Below are positions 41,903-52,447 of a stretch of 64,000 nucleotides of DNA, piece after piece. The DNA is from an uncultured Clostridium sp. Its GTDB lineage: Bacteria > Bacillota > Clostridia > TANB77 > CAG-508. The notes beneath the pieces are model-generated. The model was not told the DNA's origin, did not search any database, and saw only the letters and a list, made by a program, of their open reading frames with translations. The translations under genes and the position numbers were made by a program. The stretch lies in the NCBI GenBank assembly GCA_947646915.1, contig CANSII010000006.1, forward strand, positions 37 through 64,036, written 5' to 3'. How positions within the stretch are numbered: position 1 is the stretch's first letter; every line of letters begins with the position of its first letter.

Positions 41903-42300
41903 GTTTAAATTTGAGTGAAAATGAATTTACAGAAAAATATGGATTTGCATTACACGATTTTTATTATAGTTGCATAGATGAGATTATAAATACAGGATAT
42001 TCCTGTTATAGTCTTAGTGAACTAGCTTATGATATTGCAGGTAAGATATATAAAGAAATAAATGATGACAAATTTGAAGAAGGTTCAATACTATATAAAT
42101 TAACAAAAGATACAATTTGGGGAAATAAAATATATACACATAATATTGCAATTCCATATAAAGATTTATATATAACTTTTGAAATAGGTTGGGGAGTTGA
42201 AACTTTAAAGATTAAAGATTGGGATATGACATATAAAGAAGAAATAGAAAAAGACAAACAATATGAAGACATTGACTGCCTAGAAGAGGAGATAGTATGA
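41899..42300 (+). CDS. Hypothetical small acidic protein
   Basis: ATGA overlap, tail CLEEEIV. Confidence 0.55.
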   Translation: MSLNLSENEFTEKYGFALHDFYYSCIDEIINTGYSCYSLSELAYDIAGKIYKEINDDKFEEGSILYKLTKDTIWGNKIYTHNIAIPYKDLYITFEIGWGVETLKIKDWDMTYKEEIEKDKQYEDIDCLEEEIV

Positions 42301-42695
42301 GAAGAATAATGGATTTAGAGAATCCAATGTACAAGAAGAAATACAGAGAAATATATAGAATTCTTTTTACAGCTGATTTAGATAGATTGGTAGACCATTC
42401 AACATGGTATATGACAAATCAATATCTGGTAGATAGAAAAACTCCACTTTGGATTATTTGTGAAAGTAAAATTTTAAATAAGAGAATGTGGATAACACAT
42501 AATTGGGGAAAATTAGAAATAGCAACTGCTCAACTTGATTTAGATATAGATTCATCAGCATATCACGAGAGTTATAAGTATATGCAATTTCAAACACAAA
42601 AAGAAATGGCAGAATATTTAGAAAAAATGCTACAACCTTGTTTAGAAGAAAATTCAACACTTGATAATGAAAGTGAGGAAGAAGAAATATGTTGA
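42297..42695 (+). CDS. Hypothetical small protein
   Basis: ATGA overlap, tail ESEEEEIC. Confidence 0.55.
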   Translation: MRRIMDLENPMYKKKYREIYRILFTADLDRLVDHSTWYMTNQYLVDRKTPLWIICESKILNKRMWITHNWGKLEIATAQLDLDIDSSAYHESYKYMQFQTQKEMAEYLEKMLQPCLEENSTLDNESEEEEIC

Positions 42696-43465
42696 ATAAA
42701 GATAGAAAACAAATAGAAAAAAACGATTATGAATTTGATTATTCTCCTGAATCTAATCCATTAAAAGAAAAAAGTGGAATTTTAAGTTTTTGGTGTGATT
42801 TAGAGTTTAGCCAACCATTAATTAAAAAACTAGATATTGAAAATATTGCTCAAAAGAATAATTTAAATAAAGATGAGTATGAAATATACTTTGACATTAA
42901 TGTATTGGAATCAAAAGCTAATATTAGAATAGTTCATTCAGATTCAAATAAAACATTAGAAAAAATAGAATTATACAAAGATGAATATGAAGAATTAAGA
43001 GAATATGCTGAAAAATATATACAACATGAATGGGCTGATTTTAATCCTATTGAAAGACCAATAACATTAATAGAATTTTATATTACTAAAGTTTTATATG
43101 ATGAGAATTTTGAATATGATCCAAATGTTGAGTGTGAAGATTGTTTTATATTAGCAGAAGGAATTAACAAAATAAGGAACTTCTATGAAAAAAACAGTAC
43201 ACGAAATGAGATAATGGATGTTCACAAAATAATGGATATTGATGAAATAATAGATATTCACGAAATAATGGATGTTTACATAGACAGATTAAAAAAAGGT
43301 ATAATTCTTGATAAACAAAAATTTAGAGAACTAGATGATATAAATCTAGTTAGATCATTTGAAATGCTAATGTTTCAAATAGAAGGTGAAAAATATAGAG
43401 AAGAGCATCAAGGTAGAAATAATTTTCCTGATATTATCACAGAAGAAACAGAGGAGGTTTTGTAA
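42689..43465 (+). CDS. Hypothetical acidic protein containing a 4 x 6-aa tandem repeat
   Basis: ORF track. IMDVHK/IMDIDE/IIDIHE/IMDVYI is encoded by 18-nt repeats at 43211-43282. Tail TEETEEVL. Confidence 0.55.
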   Translation: MLNKDRKQIEKNDYEFDYSPESNPLKEKSGILSFWCDLEFSQPLIKKLDIENIAQKNNLNKDEYEIYFDINVLESKANIRIVHSDSNKTLEKIELYKDEYEELREYAEKYIQHEWADFNPIERPITLIEFYITKVLYDENFEYDPNVECEDCFILAEGINKIRNFYEKNSTRNEIMDVHKIMDIDEIIDIHEIMDVYIDRLKKGIILDKQKFRELDDINLVRSFEMLMFQIEGEKYREEHQGRNNFPDIITEETEEVL

Positions 43466-43468
43466 AAA

Positions 43469-44281
43469 ATGTCAGTAGAGCTTATTAATAGAATTACATT
43501 TAAAAAAGATGGAATATATATAAGTACACATAGTAGCAACGATGATAGCCCATACCATAGTGTTAAGTCCGATTATCTAACTAAAGCATATATAACTGGT
43601 GGTATAAATGGGCTAGATAAAGCAGTTATTTCCATGTATTTTAGTAATTGTGATTTTAGAGGAAGTAATGAAAGTATTATGCCATATAGAATAGCAATAG
43701 ATAAAGCTATGAACGATAATGAATTTATAGAAATTATAAATGAACATCGCAGCTTAGAAAGTAAAGCAATTGATATAGCAAATAGATGGGGAAATTATAA
43801 AGATTTAACTAAGGAAGAATCTACAACTATATACAATGAATTTAAACCTAAAGTACAAAAAGCAGAAGATAAGAGAAATGAATTTGTTATTAAGATGATA
43901 AAAAAAGAAAGAGGTTCAATAATTAAAAATAGTAAAAAAGAACCTAAAGAATTAAGAGATGGTATATATGAAATCATTCCTATTCATAAAATTGATGAAG
44001 GTCATGGAGAAGTATATGATGAATATATGAATTTTAATAGCAATAATGGAACTATTATTTATGAAAGAAGACTTGGTCATCTAACACAATCTCCAGACTA
44101 TATAAAAATAGGAGAATACATAGATGCCATAGAAAAACATGGAATTGAAAATGTGGATGGTTCAAACAAATTTATTGAATTTATAATGAAATATCCATAT
44201 ATATATCAAAGAGGTTTAGATAATGAATTTAAGAATACATTGAATAGTGAATTAGAGCAAGAAGAGATTGAAGAATTATAA
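43469..44281 (+). CDS. Hypothetical protein
   Basis: ORF track, GAGGAGG upstream, tail EQEEIEEL. Confidence 0.55.
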   Translation: MSVELINRITFKKDGIYISTHSSNDDSPYHSVKSDYLTKAYITGGINGLDKAVISMYFSNCDFRGSNESIMPYRIAIDKAMNDNEFIEIINEHRSLESKAIDIANRWGNYKDLTKEESTTIYNEFKPKVQKAEDKRNEFVIKMIKKERGSIIKNSKKEPKELRDGIYEIIPIHKIDEGHGEVYDEYMNFNSNNGTIIYERRLGHLTQSPDYIKIGEYIDAIEKHGIENVDGSNKFIEFIMKYPYIYQRGLDNEFKNTLNSELEQEEIEEL

Positions 44282-44297
44282 ATTTTAGGAGTTAAAT

Positions 44298-44885
44298 ATG
44301 AAATATAAATATACACATTGGTTAAAAATGAATATTGATACAATTGAAAAAGTTTGGATTAGACTTAAAGAATTTAAAGAAAAATATAATTGTAATATGG
44401 AAGTTTTTTATAAAGAAACAAATCTTGTTATTAAATACATTAAATTAGAATGTAATCAATCATATCAAGATTTGGACCTAGATGTTAATTCTATAACGGA
44501 TGAAGGGTTATGGCACTTATCTCGTAAGCCAAATGATATTTACAAATATAAATATCCAATAGAATACTTTTTTAAAGAATACATAAATGGAGAATGTATT
44601 ATAGAAAATATAATAAATGAAGAAAATATTGATGAATATAGAGAAAATATTAACAGTAGTTATCAAGACAGTATAAAATTAACTTTGTTAAACATATTAG
44701 AAGTTGCACATCCTACTTTATTACAAAGTAATCAAATTACTGAATCTATGTTAGATGAAATTAGCAATAAAATAGCTGAAGATGAAGAATTTAATGACTA
44801 TGTAGACTCATTAATTCATAATGAAATAGAACAGTATAAAGAAACTAACAATATAGAAGAAGAGGAAGATGAGGAAACTATTTAA
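44298..44885 (+). CDS. Hypothetical acidic protein
   Basis: ORF track, TAGGAG upstream, tail EEEEDEETI. Confidence 0.55.
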   Translation: MKYKYTHWLKMNIDTIEKVWIRLKEFKEKYNCNMEVFYKETNLVIKYIKLECNQSYQDLDLDVNSITDEGLWHLSRKPNDIYKYKYPIEYFFKEYINGECIIENIINEENIDEYRENINSSYQDSIKLTLLNILEVAHPTLLQSNQITESMLDEISNKIAEDEEFNDYVDSLIHNEIEQYKETNNIEEEEDEETI

Positions 44886-44906
44886 AATTGTAGGAGGAAT
44901 AACTCT

Positions 44907-45677
44907 ATGGAAAAAATAAAATTTAATAGAAATTTAGCAAAAGAAATAATTGATAAAGAAAATGAATTAAAAATCGGTGAACAAATAACATTTTTATACA
45001 AAAATACTTGGGATATTACAATAACAAGAGAAGAAGAAAAGTATTCACCATTTCTATTTTCAATTAATGGTAAAAAGATAGGAACAAACGAGACATGGAG
45101 TAGAAGATACATAGGAATTAAAGAAGCTCTTTTACATATAGTTAATGATTTTAATGAAAATGCTAGTATAAAAAATAGATATAGCAATATAGAAAAATAC
45201 TTAAATGAAAAAATCAAATTAATATATAAATATGAAGAAAATAACAATTACTATTATGAAGATGAAAATGAGAATTTATATTGTGAAAATGGAAATCAAA
45301 ATATAGGTGAAGTACATTTAATGTATTGCTCAAAAGATTACGAAGAACCTATGAGAGAGGTTGAAGATTTGGAAAAATATGAATTAGTGAATAATCCAAA
45401 AGATGATCCTAATTATGAAAAAGAAAAAGCCAACCAACATAATTATATGATGTTAGATAGATTAAGAGCTGATTGTGATTATTTTTTAGGTAATGGAAAT
45501 GGTTTTGTAGGTCATTTATATTATAAAGATGTAGATAAACACATAGCAGAAATGAAAAAAATATATAATTCTTTTTCTGAAGAAGAAAAACCAGAATGGA
45601 TAAACTTAAAGGACATAGAAAATTATCAAACACAAATGAATGAAATGTTAGAGAAAAATAATGAAGAAGAAATATAG
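44907..45677 (+). CDS. Hypothetical protein with a C-terminal module MLDRLRADCDYFLGNGNG...EEKPEWI
   Basis: ORF track. From memory, the ML-RL--DC-Y-LG ... KPEW motif recurs in conjugative-element and phage polyvalent proteins. Family name not recalled. Confidence 0.5.
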   Translation: MEKIKFNRNLAKEIIDKENELKIGEQITFLYKNTWDITITREEEKYSPFLFSINGKKIGTNETWSRRYIGIKEALLHIVNDFNENASIKNRYSNIEKYLNEKIKLIYKYEENNNYYYEDENENLYCENGNQNIGEVHLMYCSKDYEEPMREVEDLEKYELVNNPKDDPNYEKEKANQHNYMMLDRLRADCDYFLGNGNGFVGHLYYKDVDKHIAEMKKIYNSFSEEEKPEWINLKDIENYQTQMNEMLEKNNEEEI

Positions 45678-45696
45678 TAAAGTAGGAGGAACATAT

Positions 45697-46614
45697 ATGA
45701 AAAAATTCCAAATCGAAATAGAAGAAATATCACAAAGAGTAGAAGATATTGAAGCTAACAATTTAGAAGAAGCATTAGAAAAAGTAGAAGATAAATATAA
45801 TGCTGGTGAAATTGTATTAGATTACGAAGATTTTAAGGATCACGAAGTAAGAGAATATAGAAATTGTGTAAGAGAAGAAGACTTAGTCAGAGATGCTATT
45901 ATAGATATTAACTTTGGACAAGCAATTATTTTAGAAAAAGAAAAAGACTGGGCTTTAATAAAGAAATTAGGTGTTGAAGAATCTCCATATGTAGTAACTA
46001 ATGGACTAGGAGTTCATAAAAGTAAAACATATTTTGACTGGTTGCAAGGTTCATATTATACAAGTTTAACTGAAGCGAGTAAAGTCTTTGAAGAAAGAAC
46101 AGGAATAAACAAGAATTTAAACGATATTATTTTTAATGATTTAGGTGAAAAAACACTAGAAAATCACAATGTTTTAAAATTTGAAAATATTGACACATTA
46201 TTTGATTATTTAATGGATGATGAAATAAATAAAGAAGACTTAGTTAATATGTTATCAGAAGAAATGAAAAGGGAAATTGCTATAGGATATGTTGATTCGG
46301 TTAGAGAAGAAAATGGTAATTTTTATTATGGTAGTGATATGTGTTTCTTTGAAGAAGATATTAATTGGATGACTAAGAAAATAGACGAGATATTGAATGG
46401 AATAAACATAAAAAATATTAAACCTTATATAGTAATAGAAGTATTAGAACAATATGACAATGGAGAAATAGATAAGGATTTTAGTGTAAAAATTGAAAAT
46501 TTAATACACGCAGCAGGTTATAAAAAAACAGCAGTAGATTTTGTAAAATTTATCAATGAAGAATTATATAAAGAAGAACCAGAAGAAAGCGAAGAAAACG
46601 AAGAAGAACAATAA
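45697..46614 (+). CDS. Protein with an N-terminal DpnD/PcfM-like domain
   Basis: ATG at 45697 after AGGAGGA. KKFQIEIEEISQRVEDIEANNLEEALEKVEDKYNAGEIVLDYEDFKDHEVREY matches the DpnD/PcfM pattern (T-V-V-A-S-EEA---V---Y----I-LD-ED). Confidence 0.6.
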   Translation: MKKFQIEIEEISQRVEDIEANNLEEALEKVEDKYNAGEIVLDYEDFKDHEVREYRNCVREEDLVRDAIIDINFGQAIILEKEKDWALIKKLGVEESPYVVTNGLGVHKSKTYFDWLQGSYYTSLTEASKVFEERTGINKNLNDIIFNDLGEKTLENHNVLKFENIDTLFDYLMDDEINKEDLVNMLSEEMKREIAIGYVDSVREENGNFYYGSDMCFFEEDINWMTKKIDEILNGINIKNIKPYIVIEVLEQYDNGEIDKDFSVKIENLIHAAGYKKTAVDFVKFINEELYKEEPEESEENEEEQ

Positions 46615-46633
46615 TATAAAGAGGTAGATATAA

Positions 46634-47089
46634 ATGGAAACATATGTAGAAATGAAGAATAGGCATCAAGCGGAATTTAATAATTTTCCAGTAGCTTTTG
46701 CATTTACAGAAGAAGACATAAAAGAAGGACTAAAAAAATTGGGATTAGCTGAAAATGATAAAGATAAAATAGTATCAATAGGTTTTGGTGGTTTCGTAAA
46801 AATAGAGGACAAGCAAGCATATAATGATATGAACAATAATCACTATAAAGAATTAAAAGAAGCAATAAAAAATGATATAACAGGGGAAAAATTTATTCAG
46901 GGAATGTTTGAAGAAGAACTTGGAAATCACGAATATGGTTATACTGGAGAGTTGCGAGATACTTTAATGGCTTGTGGATTAACAATTAAGGATATTAATT
47001 CAAATACAAATATACAAAGAGGATTAGAATTAGCACTACAAAAATACCACCAAACTTCAAATGATAGAGAAGAAGAGGAGGAAATATAA
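46634..47089 (+). CDS. Hypothetical acidic protein
   Basis: ORF track, AAGAGG upstream, tail REEEEEI. Confidence 0.55.
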   Translation: METYVEMKNRHQAEFNNFPVAFAFTEEDIKEGLKKLGLAENDKDKIVSIGFGGFVKIEDKQAYNDMNNNHYKELKEAIKNDITGEKFIQGMFEEELGNHEYGYTGELRDTLMACGLTIKDINSNTNIQRGLELALQKYHQTSNDREEEEEI

Positions 47090-48090
47090 TGACCACAGAA
47101 CAAATAGAAAATATGGATAAAGAGGATTTGTTGAGTTTATTAGGATATTACAACAATTATGTTGTAGAATTTTTTGACACACACGAAGAAGGAATGCGAC
47201 CAGTATCAATATATGAATTTTTTGAAAATGATTATCAAGAAATTATAGAAGAACAGAAATTAAAAGAGTTTGAAAATGAAGTAATACAAGATAAAGACAT
47301 AAAAACAATTACTGAAAAAGAATTTAATATATTAATTGAAAAGTTAAATAATCAGGAAGAATTTACAGATGAAGAAAAGCAATCTTTTTTAATGGTTGAT
47401 AAAAAAGATGATAGTTTTATTGCTATAGATAATAGAAATGGAAATATGTGGACAGAAGAATTTAAAGAAAAGGAATATGCAATAAGATATTTACAAGGAG
47501 AAGAAATTGATAAATTAAGAGATGAAGAATGCAAATATGAGATTCGTATATATGAAACAGAAGAAGATTACAACAAAGGTGAACCTTTTCAATTAAATGT
47601 GTATTCGGATTTTGAAGAGGCAAAAAACGAACTAAAGAAAACTATTAATTTCAATAACTATTTTTCTGGAAATATTGTTAATCAACAAAATGGAATAGAA
47701 GAATTTAGTTACTATTCAAACAAAGAAACAGAAAAATATTCTTATATTTTTGAATGTACTTTGGAAGCAAGTTCTAAATTATATGAACATCAATTTTTAT
47801 TAGTAAAAGATCCAAACGATTTGGAAACTAATTTTGAAATAGACTTGACAGGAGGATTTGATTTTAATTGTGCATATAGAGTTATTAATCCTAAGTTAGT
47901 ACAAATAATAAACTCTAAAGAAGAACTAGAAGATTTCTGTCAAAAACACAATATTGATATTCCCAAATATTGCATTAGAGAAGATGGAATTATAGCAAGT
48001 GGACCTGATGGTTTACTGATAAATAATAATTTAGAAGCAATTGATTGGCTTGACAATTTAGAATTAGAAAAAGAAGAAATACAAGAATAA
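47089..48090 (+). CDS. Hypothetical acidic protein
   Basis: TAATG junction with the previous gene, SD GAGGAGGAAA embedded in the previous tail. Confidence 0.55.
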   Translation: MTTEQIENMDKEDLLSLLGYYNNYVVEFFDTHEEGMRPVSIYEFFENDYQEIIEEQKLKEFENEVIQDKDIKTITEKEFNILIEKLNNQEEFTDEEKQSFLMVDKKDDSFIAIDNRNGNMWTEEFKEKEYAIRYLQGEEIDKLRDEECKYEIRIYETEEDYNKGEPFQLNVYSDFEEAKNELKKTINFNNYFSGNIVNQQNGIEEFSYYSNKETEKYSYIFECTLEASSKLYEHQFLLVKDPNDLETNFEIDLTGGFDFNCAYRVINPKLVQIINSKEELEDFCQKHNIDIPKYCIREDGIIASGPDGLLINNNLEAIDWLDNLELEKEEIQE

Positions 48091-48108
48091 AAAAATAGGA
48101 GTATAAAA

Positions 48109-48816
48109 ATGTTAAAAACAAATGAACAGATAATTATAGAAACTATGAAAGATGAAGAATATTTAAACAACTTAAAAATAAGCCCTTATGATGTACTGAA
48201 AGCAATAACATTAGCTCAAAATGAACTAAAAGAACTAGAACATATAATTGATGTTGCTAATAAAAATAATGAAAGTTTGAGTGACTTATGCAATAAATTA
48301 AATGGTCATAACTTAGAAATAGAAAATTACCATTCTAGTTGTAGTTATTTTGACTTAAATTATAAATCTCTTTTAGTTACAGTAATTCAAAAAAGAAATG
48401 AAGAAAATAAATTACAACCGATTAAATTAAGTAAAGATGATATTTATGTTTATCCTGATAATATTTCAAAGATTACAGCAGATGAATTATTTGTCTTAAA
48501 TTTAGAAGAAAAAGTAGACATCAATAAAATTTTTCACAGTTATAAATACAGTTTGAATCCAGATAAGGAAAATATAGGAGAAGGGTATAAAAAATTTTAT
48601 GAAGCATTTAAAGCCTATTATAAAAATATAGATGACTTATGCAAAAGATTACAAGATGAGTTTAATGATGGTATCAAATTTGAATCAGATGAACAAGATA
48701 GAGTGGCTTTATGTATGTTGTGTGATTTATTTGATGCTGTTGAAATTGGAGATTATGATAATGTGTTATTTGATGGAGTTTTATCAAATGATGATAGCGA
48801 AGAAATAGAACAATAA
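48109..48816 (+). CDS. Hypothetical acidic protein
   Basis: ORF track, TAGGAG upstream, tail DDSEEIEQ. Confidence 0.55.
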   Translation: MLKTNEQIIIETMKDEEYLNNLKISPYDVLKAITLAQNELKELEHIIDVANKNNESLSDLCNKLNGHNLEIENYHSSCSYFDLNYKSLLVTVIQKRNEENKLQPIKLSKDDIYVYPDNISKITADELFVLNLEEKVDINKIFHSYKYSLNPDKENIGEGYKKFYEAFKAYYKNIDDLCKRLQDEFNDGIKFESDEQDRVALCMLCDLFDAVEIGDYDNVLFDGVLSNDDSEEIEQ

Positions 48817-48843
48817 TAAAAAGAGAAAAGAGGTATAACAAAG

Positions 48844-49944
48844 ATGACAAGAAGAAGAATATATTTTTATGATCACGAACAAAATAAACTATATTCTACA
48901 CCAGAGTTTAACGGAGATAAGGAAGAGTTTGTAAAATTTAGAAAAGCTGAAGATTCATGTGATAAAAATTTTAATGAAATTTTACAGGAATTTGAAGGAG
49001 TAAAAACACTTAAAGAATTTGAAATGGCATCAAATAAATCTCAAAGCTATTATCATTCTTTTTTAGGAGACACAATTCTTCCAATAGAGGAAAAAGAAAA
49101 TGTAGAATATAATGATGAAATTTATATGGTAAATAAAGATGGAAAAATATATCTATACAATCCAGAAGAATTAAATAGAGAATATCTTATAAATGTGGCA
49201 AATAAAGGAGAATTTATTTATAAAGATTTAACTATGAAATGTGAAAAAATTTTCAGTAAAGTATTAGAAAGTTATCTATACTTTCTTGATATGTACCCAA
49301 CGGAAAATATAATAACCAAACAATCTTATAGATTAGGAACAATAGAAGATTTTCAAATAGAACCTACATTAGATAATAAGTTAAAGAAAGAAGTAGAAGA
49401 ATATATTAATAAAATTGCTAAAATGAAAAGAAACTTAGAAAAAGAGCCTACAAAATTAAAACTAATATATTCTCTTAATCATAATTATCCAGTAGCTTTT
49501 CAAAGTAATCTAGGGAATAAATATATCTTATATAATGAGAGAGAATCATTTTCTATAATGAAAGTAGAACCACGAACTTTTGAATTTGAACATAACCTAG
49601 ATTTACCAATAACAATAGGAAAAAAAACTTTATTTCCAATATATGATACTTATTTAGAAAAATGTGTCTTTGATAAAAAACAAATAGATATTGAAGCATT
49701 AGAAATATCAGCTAAAATCAATGAATATATGGTAATTGGAAGTAATGATTTTAATGTGGGAACTATTAATAAAAATTTAAATTATATTTATGAAAATATA
49801 TATAATAAAGACAAAATTAATGAATTCTTTTTCGAGAAATACAAAGATATGGAATATATCCAAGACCTTCAAAATAAATACTATAGTTTTCTTAATAATA
49901 AAGAAGAAATAGAAAATATTGAAAGTGAGGAGGAAGAAATGTGA
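48844..49944 (+). CDS. Hypothetical protein
   Basis: ORF track, AGAGG upstream, tail ESEEEEM. Confidence 0.55.
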   Translation: MTRRRIYFYDHEQNKLYSTPEFNGDKEEFVKFRKAEDSCDKNFNEILQEFEGVKTLKEFEMASNKSQSYYHSFLGDTILPIEEKENVEYNDEIYMVNKDGKIYLYNPEELNREYLINVANKGEFIYKDLTMKCEKIFSKVLESYLYFLDMYPTENIITKQSYRLGTIEDFQIEPTLDNKLKKEVEEYINKIAKMKRNLEKEPTKLKLIYSLNHNYPVAFQSNLGNKYILYNERESFSIMKVEPRTFEFEHNLDLPITIGKKTLFPIYDTYLEKCVFDKKQIDIEALEISAKINEYMVIGSNDFNVGTINKNLNYIYENIYNKDKINEFFFEKYKDMEYIQDLQNKYYSFLNNKEEIENIESEEEEM

Positions 49945-51110
49945 GAATAGAAAACAAATATAATGATGTTTATTATACTACATGTGATGATGTTGGAGAA
50001 AATACAGGGGGATATTTTATACAATTTTATTCAGATCCAGATTTTATAGATGAAATTGATAATATGGTTTTGCATAAAGAAACAGAAGAAGTAAATAATC
50101 CTGAAAAATATATACATGAATACATAGTAAATGAAAAGTTAGACTTATTAGTTGCTAGAAAAGCACTTGAAAATGGGATAAAAGATAATCCTAAAATACT
50201 AGAAGTTATTGACATGTTTATGAATAATGGAGACAATAAAGCACTTGAACAATTATATGCAATAACTAAAGATAAATTATTAGAGATTCTTATTACATGG
50301 AAAGTGGAATATGGAGATATTATAGATGATCCAAAAACTAATATCAGTTATATGTATAATGATATTATAGGATATGTATGGGACAAATATGGATTAAATG
50401 AAATGACACAAAGAATAAAAGGAACTACAATGATAAAAAAAGAATTAGAAGAAAAGATTGTTAGTACATTTGAAAATCAATTAAACACAAATAGAAATAA
50501 ATTTGAATTAAACAAAGATATAGAGTTAGCTGATTATTCAATTACTGAATTAAATTATCTTGTATCTAAAAATATTATTAAAGTATCTAATATATCTAAT
50601 TTAAAATTTAGGTTGGAACAAAAATATATTGATCGCTTTTTAGAAAAAAAGTGGGAGGATCTTACAGATATACCCTTTATAGAAAAAAAGGGTGAAGAAA
50701 TACTAGATGGTACATATTGGGATTTTACAAAAGGACTAACAACTAAAGAAGATATTTGGCACTATTTTGACCATAACTACTCAAAAGGTGTACATTTTTT
50801 ACTATATGAATTAGATAATAGCCAAATAGAGAGTACACAAGAATTAGTTGATATTATAAAAAATATGGAAAAAATAGATATACTTAAAATAAAAACTAGT
50901 GCTGAATCTTTAGATTTAGCAAATACATTTTTTACATTTGAACTAAAAAGAGCAATTTTAGATAAACTAGAAGTAATCGAAATGAATCATCTTCAAGAAA
51001 AAATGTCATACGAAGAGATTAAAACAGATATTATAGATACCATTAGTGAAATATCCGAATTATATGGAGTTAAAATTGAAGATACTGAAGAAGATGAAGT
51101 TAGGGAATAA
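49941..51110 (+). CDS. Hypothetical acidic protein
   Basis: GTG start overlapping the previous stop (ATGTGA). The tail TEEDEVRE overlaps box 1 of promoter module copy 8. Confidence 0.55.
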   Translation: MRIENKYNDVYYTTCDDVGENTGGYFIQFYSDPDFIDEIDNMVLHKETEEVNNPEKYIHEYIVNEKLDLLVARKALENGIKDNPKILEVIDMFMNNGDNKALEQLYAITKDKLLEILITWKVEYGDIIDDPKTNISYMYNDIIGYVWDKYGLNEMTQRIKGTTMIKKELEEKIVSTFENQLNTNRNKFELNKDIELADYSITELNYLVSKNIIKVSNISNLKFRLEQKYIDRFLEKKWEDLTDIPFIEKKGEEILDGTYWDFTKGLTTKEDIWHYFDHNYSKGVHFLLYELDNSQIESTQELVDIIKNMEKIDILKIKTSAESLDLANTFFTFELKRAILDKLEVIEMNHLQEKMSYEEIKTDIIDTISEISELYGVKIEDTEEDEVRE

Positions 51111-51194
51111 AAAGGGAATTGAAAGCTCAAATACAAGTATTTATAATAATATTATGAAGTTATAGGTTTGTACACGCATAAACTTATAACTTTT
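51103..51194 (+). promoter_or_regulatory. Promoter module copy 8
   Basis: GGGAATAAAAAGGGAATTGA at 51103-51122 is identical to the 20-mer at 63031. TTGAAA at 51119, N17, TATAAT at 51142. Hairpin AAGTTATAGGTTTGT/ATAAACTTATAACTT with G-U pairs. Confidence 0.75.
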
Positions 51195-51220
51195 AATTTT
51201 ATATAAAGAGGAATTTGTAA

Positions 51221-52186
51221 ATGATTTTTGTATTAGGAAATAAAGATTTATTATTGAAATCAAAATATTATAAACCAGAAAATAATTGGGATTATCCATT
51301 AGAAGAATTGGACCATGTAATAAATGAAAATACAGATAATGACATGATATATGTTGTTGCAGATGATAAAAGAATCTATGAGACATCTTGCAAAAGAGAA
51401 AACTTACTAAAATTGTATAAAGACTTAAATCAAGAAATAAAATTAAGAGATTTTGAAATGGCTGCTTTAAGTGTTTCTATCAAATATTATGTTAAAGCTG
51501 GTATTGATGTTGCAAAAGCAAAATTAAATAAATGGCAAGAAGAAATGTCAAATTACAATCCTAATATTGATGAAATCCTAAAAGATTTTAAAATAATAAT
51601 AGAACCTATTGAAACATATAGAAATAGTAAAAGAAAGTTTGATGTAAGGCTTACAGAAAAAGCAAGTACAGTTGTTACAATAGAGGCAACTTCTAAAGAA
51701 GAAGCCTTAGAAAATGCTATGCAACAATACAACGATAGAGAAATAACATTTGATTATGAAGATTATGAGGAAATAGATGTAAAAGCAACTGAAAAAATTG
51801 ATATTAATGTACCTGAAGTTAGTTTATCTGGTAATTTATATTTTTCATTTGATGGAATACGAGACTGGGAAAAATTAAAAAAATCTAATATAAAAGATTT
51901 AGAATCTGATGGAGAACTTATAACAATGCAAATGGATAAAGTTGATGAAAATCCTTTAAATGTTGCATTAATATCAGAAGAAGGCAGATTATATCTTATA
52001 TCTTATTTGTATGATAATAAAGAATGTAAAACAGATAATTTAACAAGTGATCCTATAAATGATGAAATAATGAAAAGTGAAGAAAGTTTAAAAGATTATA
52101 TGATGAATTATTTTATAAATGTATATGTAGAGAACATGGATTTAATTAATAATTTTTACAATCAGGAAGAAGAGGAGGAAATGTAA
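51221..52186 (+). CDS. Protein with an internal DpnD/PcfM-like domain
   Basis: FDVRLTEKASTVVTIEATSKEEALENAMQQYNDREITFDYEDYEEIDVKATE. Tail NQEEEEEM. Confidence 0.6.
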   Translation: MIFVLGNKDLLLKSKYYKPENNWDYPLEELDHVINENTDNDMIYVVADDKRIYETSCKRENLLKLYKDLNQEIKLRDFEMAALSVSIKYYVKAGIDVAKAKLNKWQEEMSNYNPNIDEILKDFKIIIEPIETYRNSKRKFDVRLTEKASTVVTIEATSKEEALENAMQQYNDREITFDYEDYEEIDVKATEKIDINVPEVSLSGNLYFSFDGIRDWEKLKKSNIKDLESDGELITMQMDKVDENPLNVALISEEGRLYLISYLYDNKECKTDNLTSDPINDEIMKSEESLKDYMMNYFINVYVENMDLINNFYNQEEEEEM

Positions 52187-52187
52187 A

Positions 52188-52436
52188 TTGGAAAGTGATA
52201 GAGATTATATAATGTTTGTTTTAGGTTATGATTTATTAAATAAAGAGTTCTCAAATAGTTCCAATCCAGAATGCGATATTGTTTATGATAAGTGTAAACA
52301 AATAGCAGAAGACTTTTTAAAATCTGATTATAATTTAACAACAGAAAGTCTATATGAAGCCTTAGTTGTATATATAGATGAAAAGAATCATCTTAAATTT
52401 TTTGAAAATGAAGAAGAAAATGAAAGAGAAACATAA
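52188..52436 (+). CDS. Hypothetical small acidic protein
   Basis: TTG start right after the previous stop, GAGGAGGAAA upstream. Confidence 0.5.
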   Translation: MESDRDYIMFVLGYDLLNKEFSNSSNPECDIVYDKCKQIAEDFLKSDYNLTTESLYEALVVYIDEKNHLKFFENEEENERET

Positions 52437-52447
52437 GAGGTAAAGAT

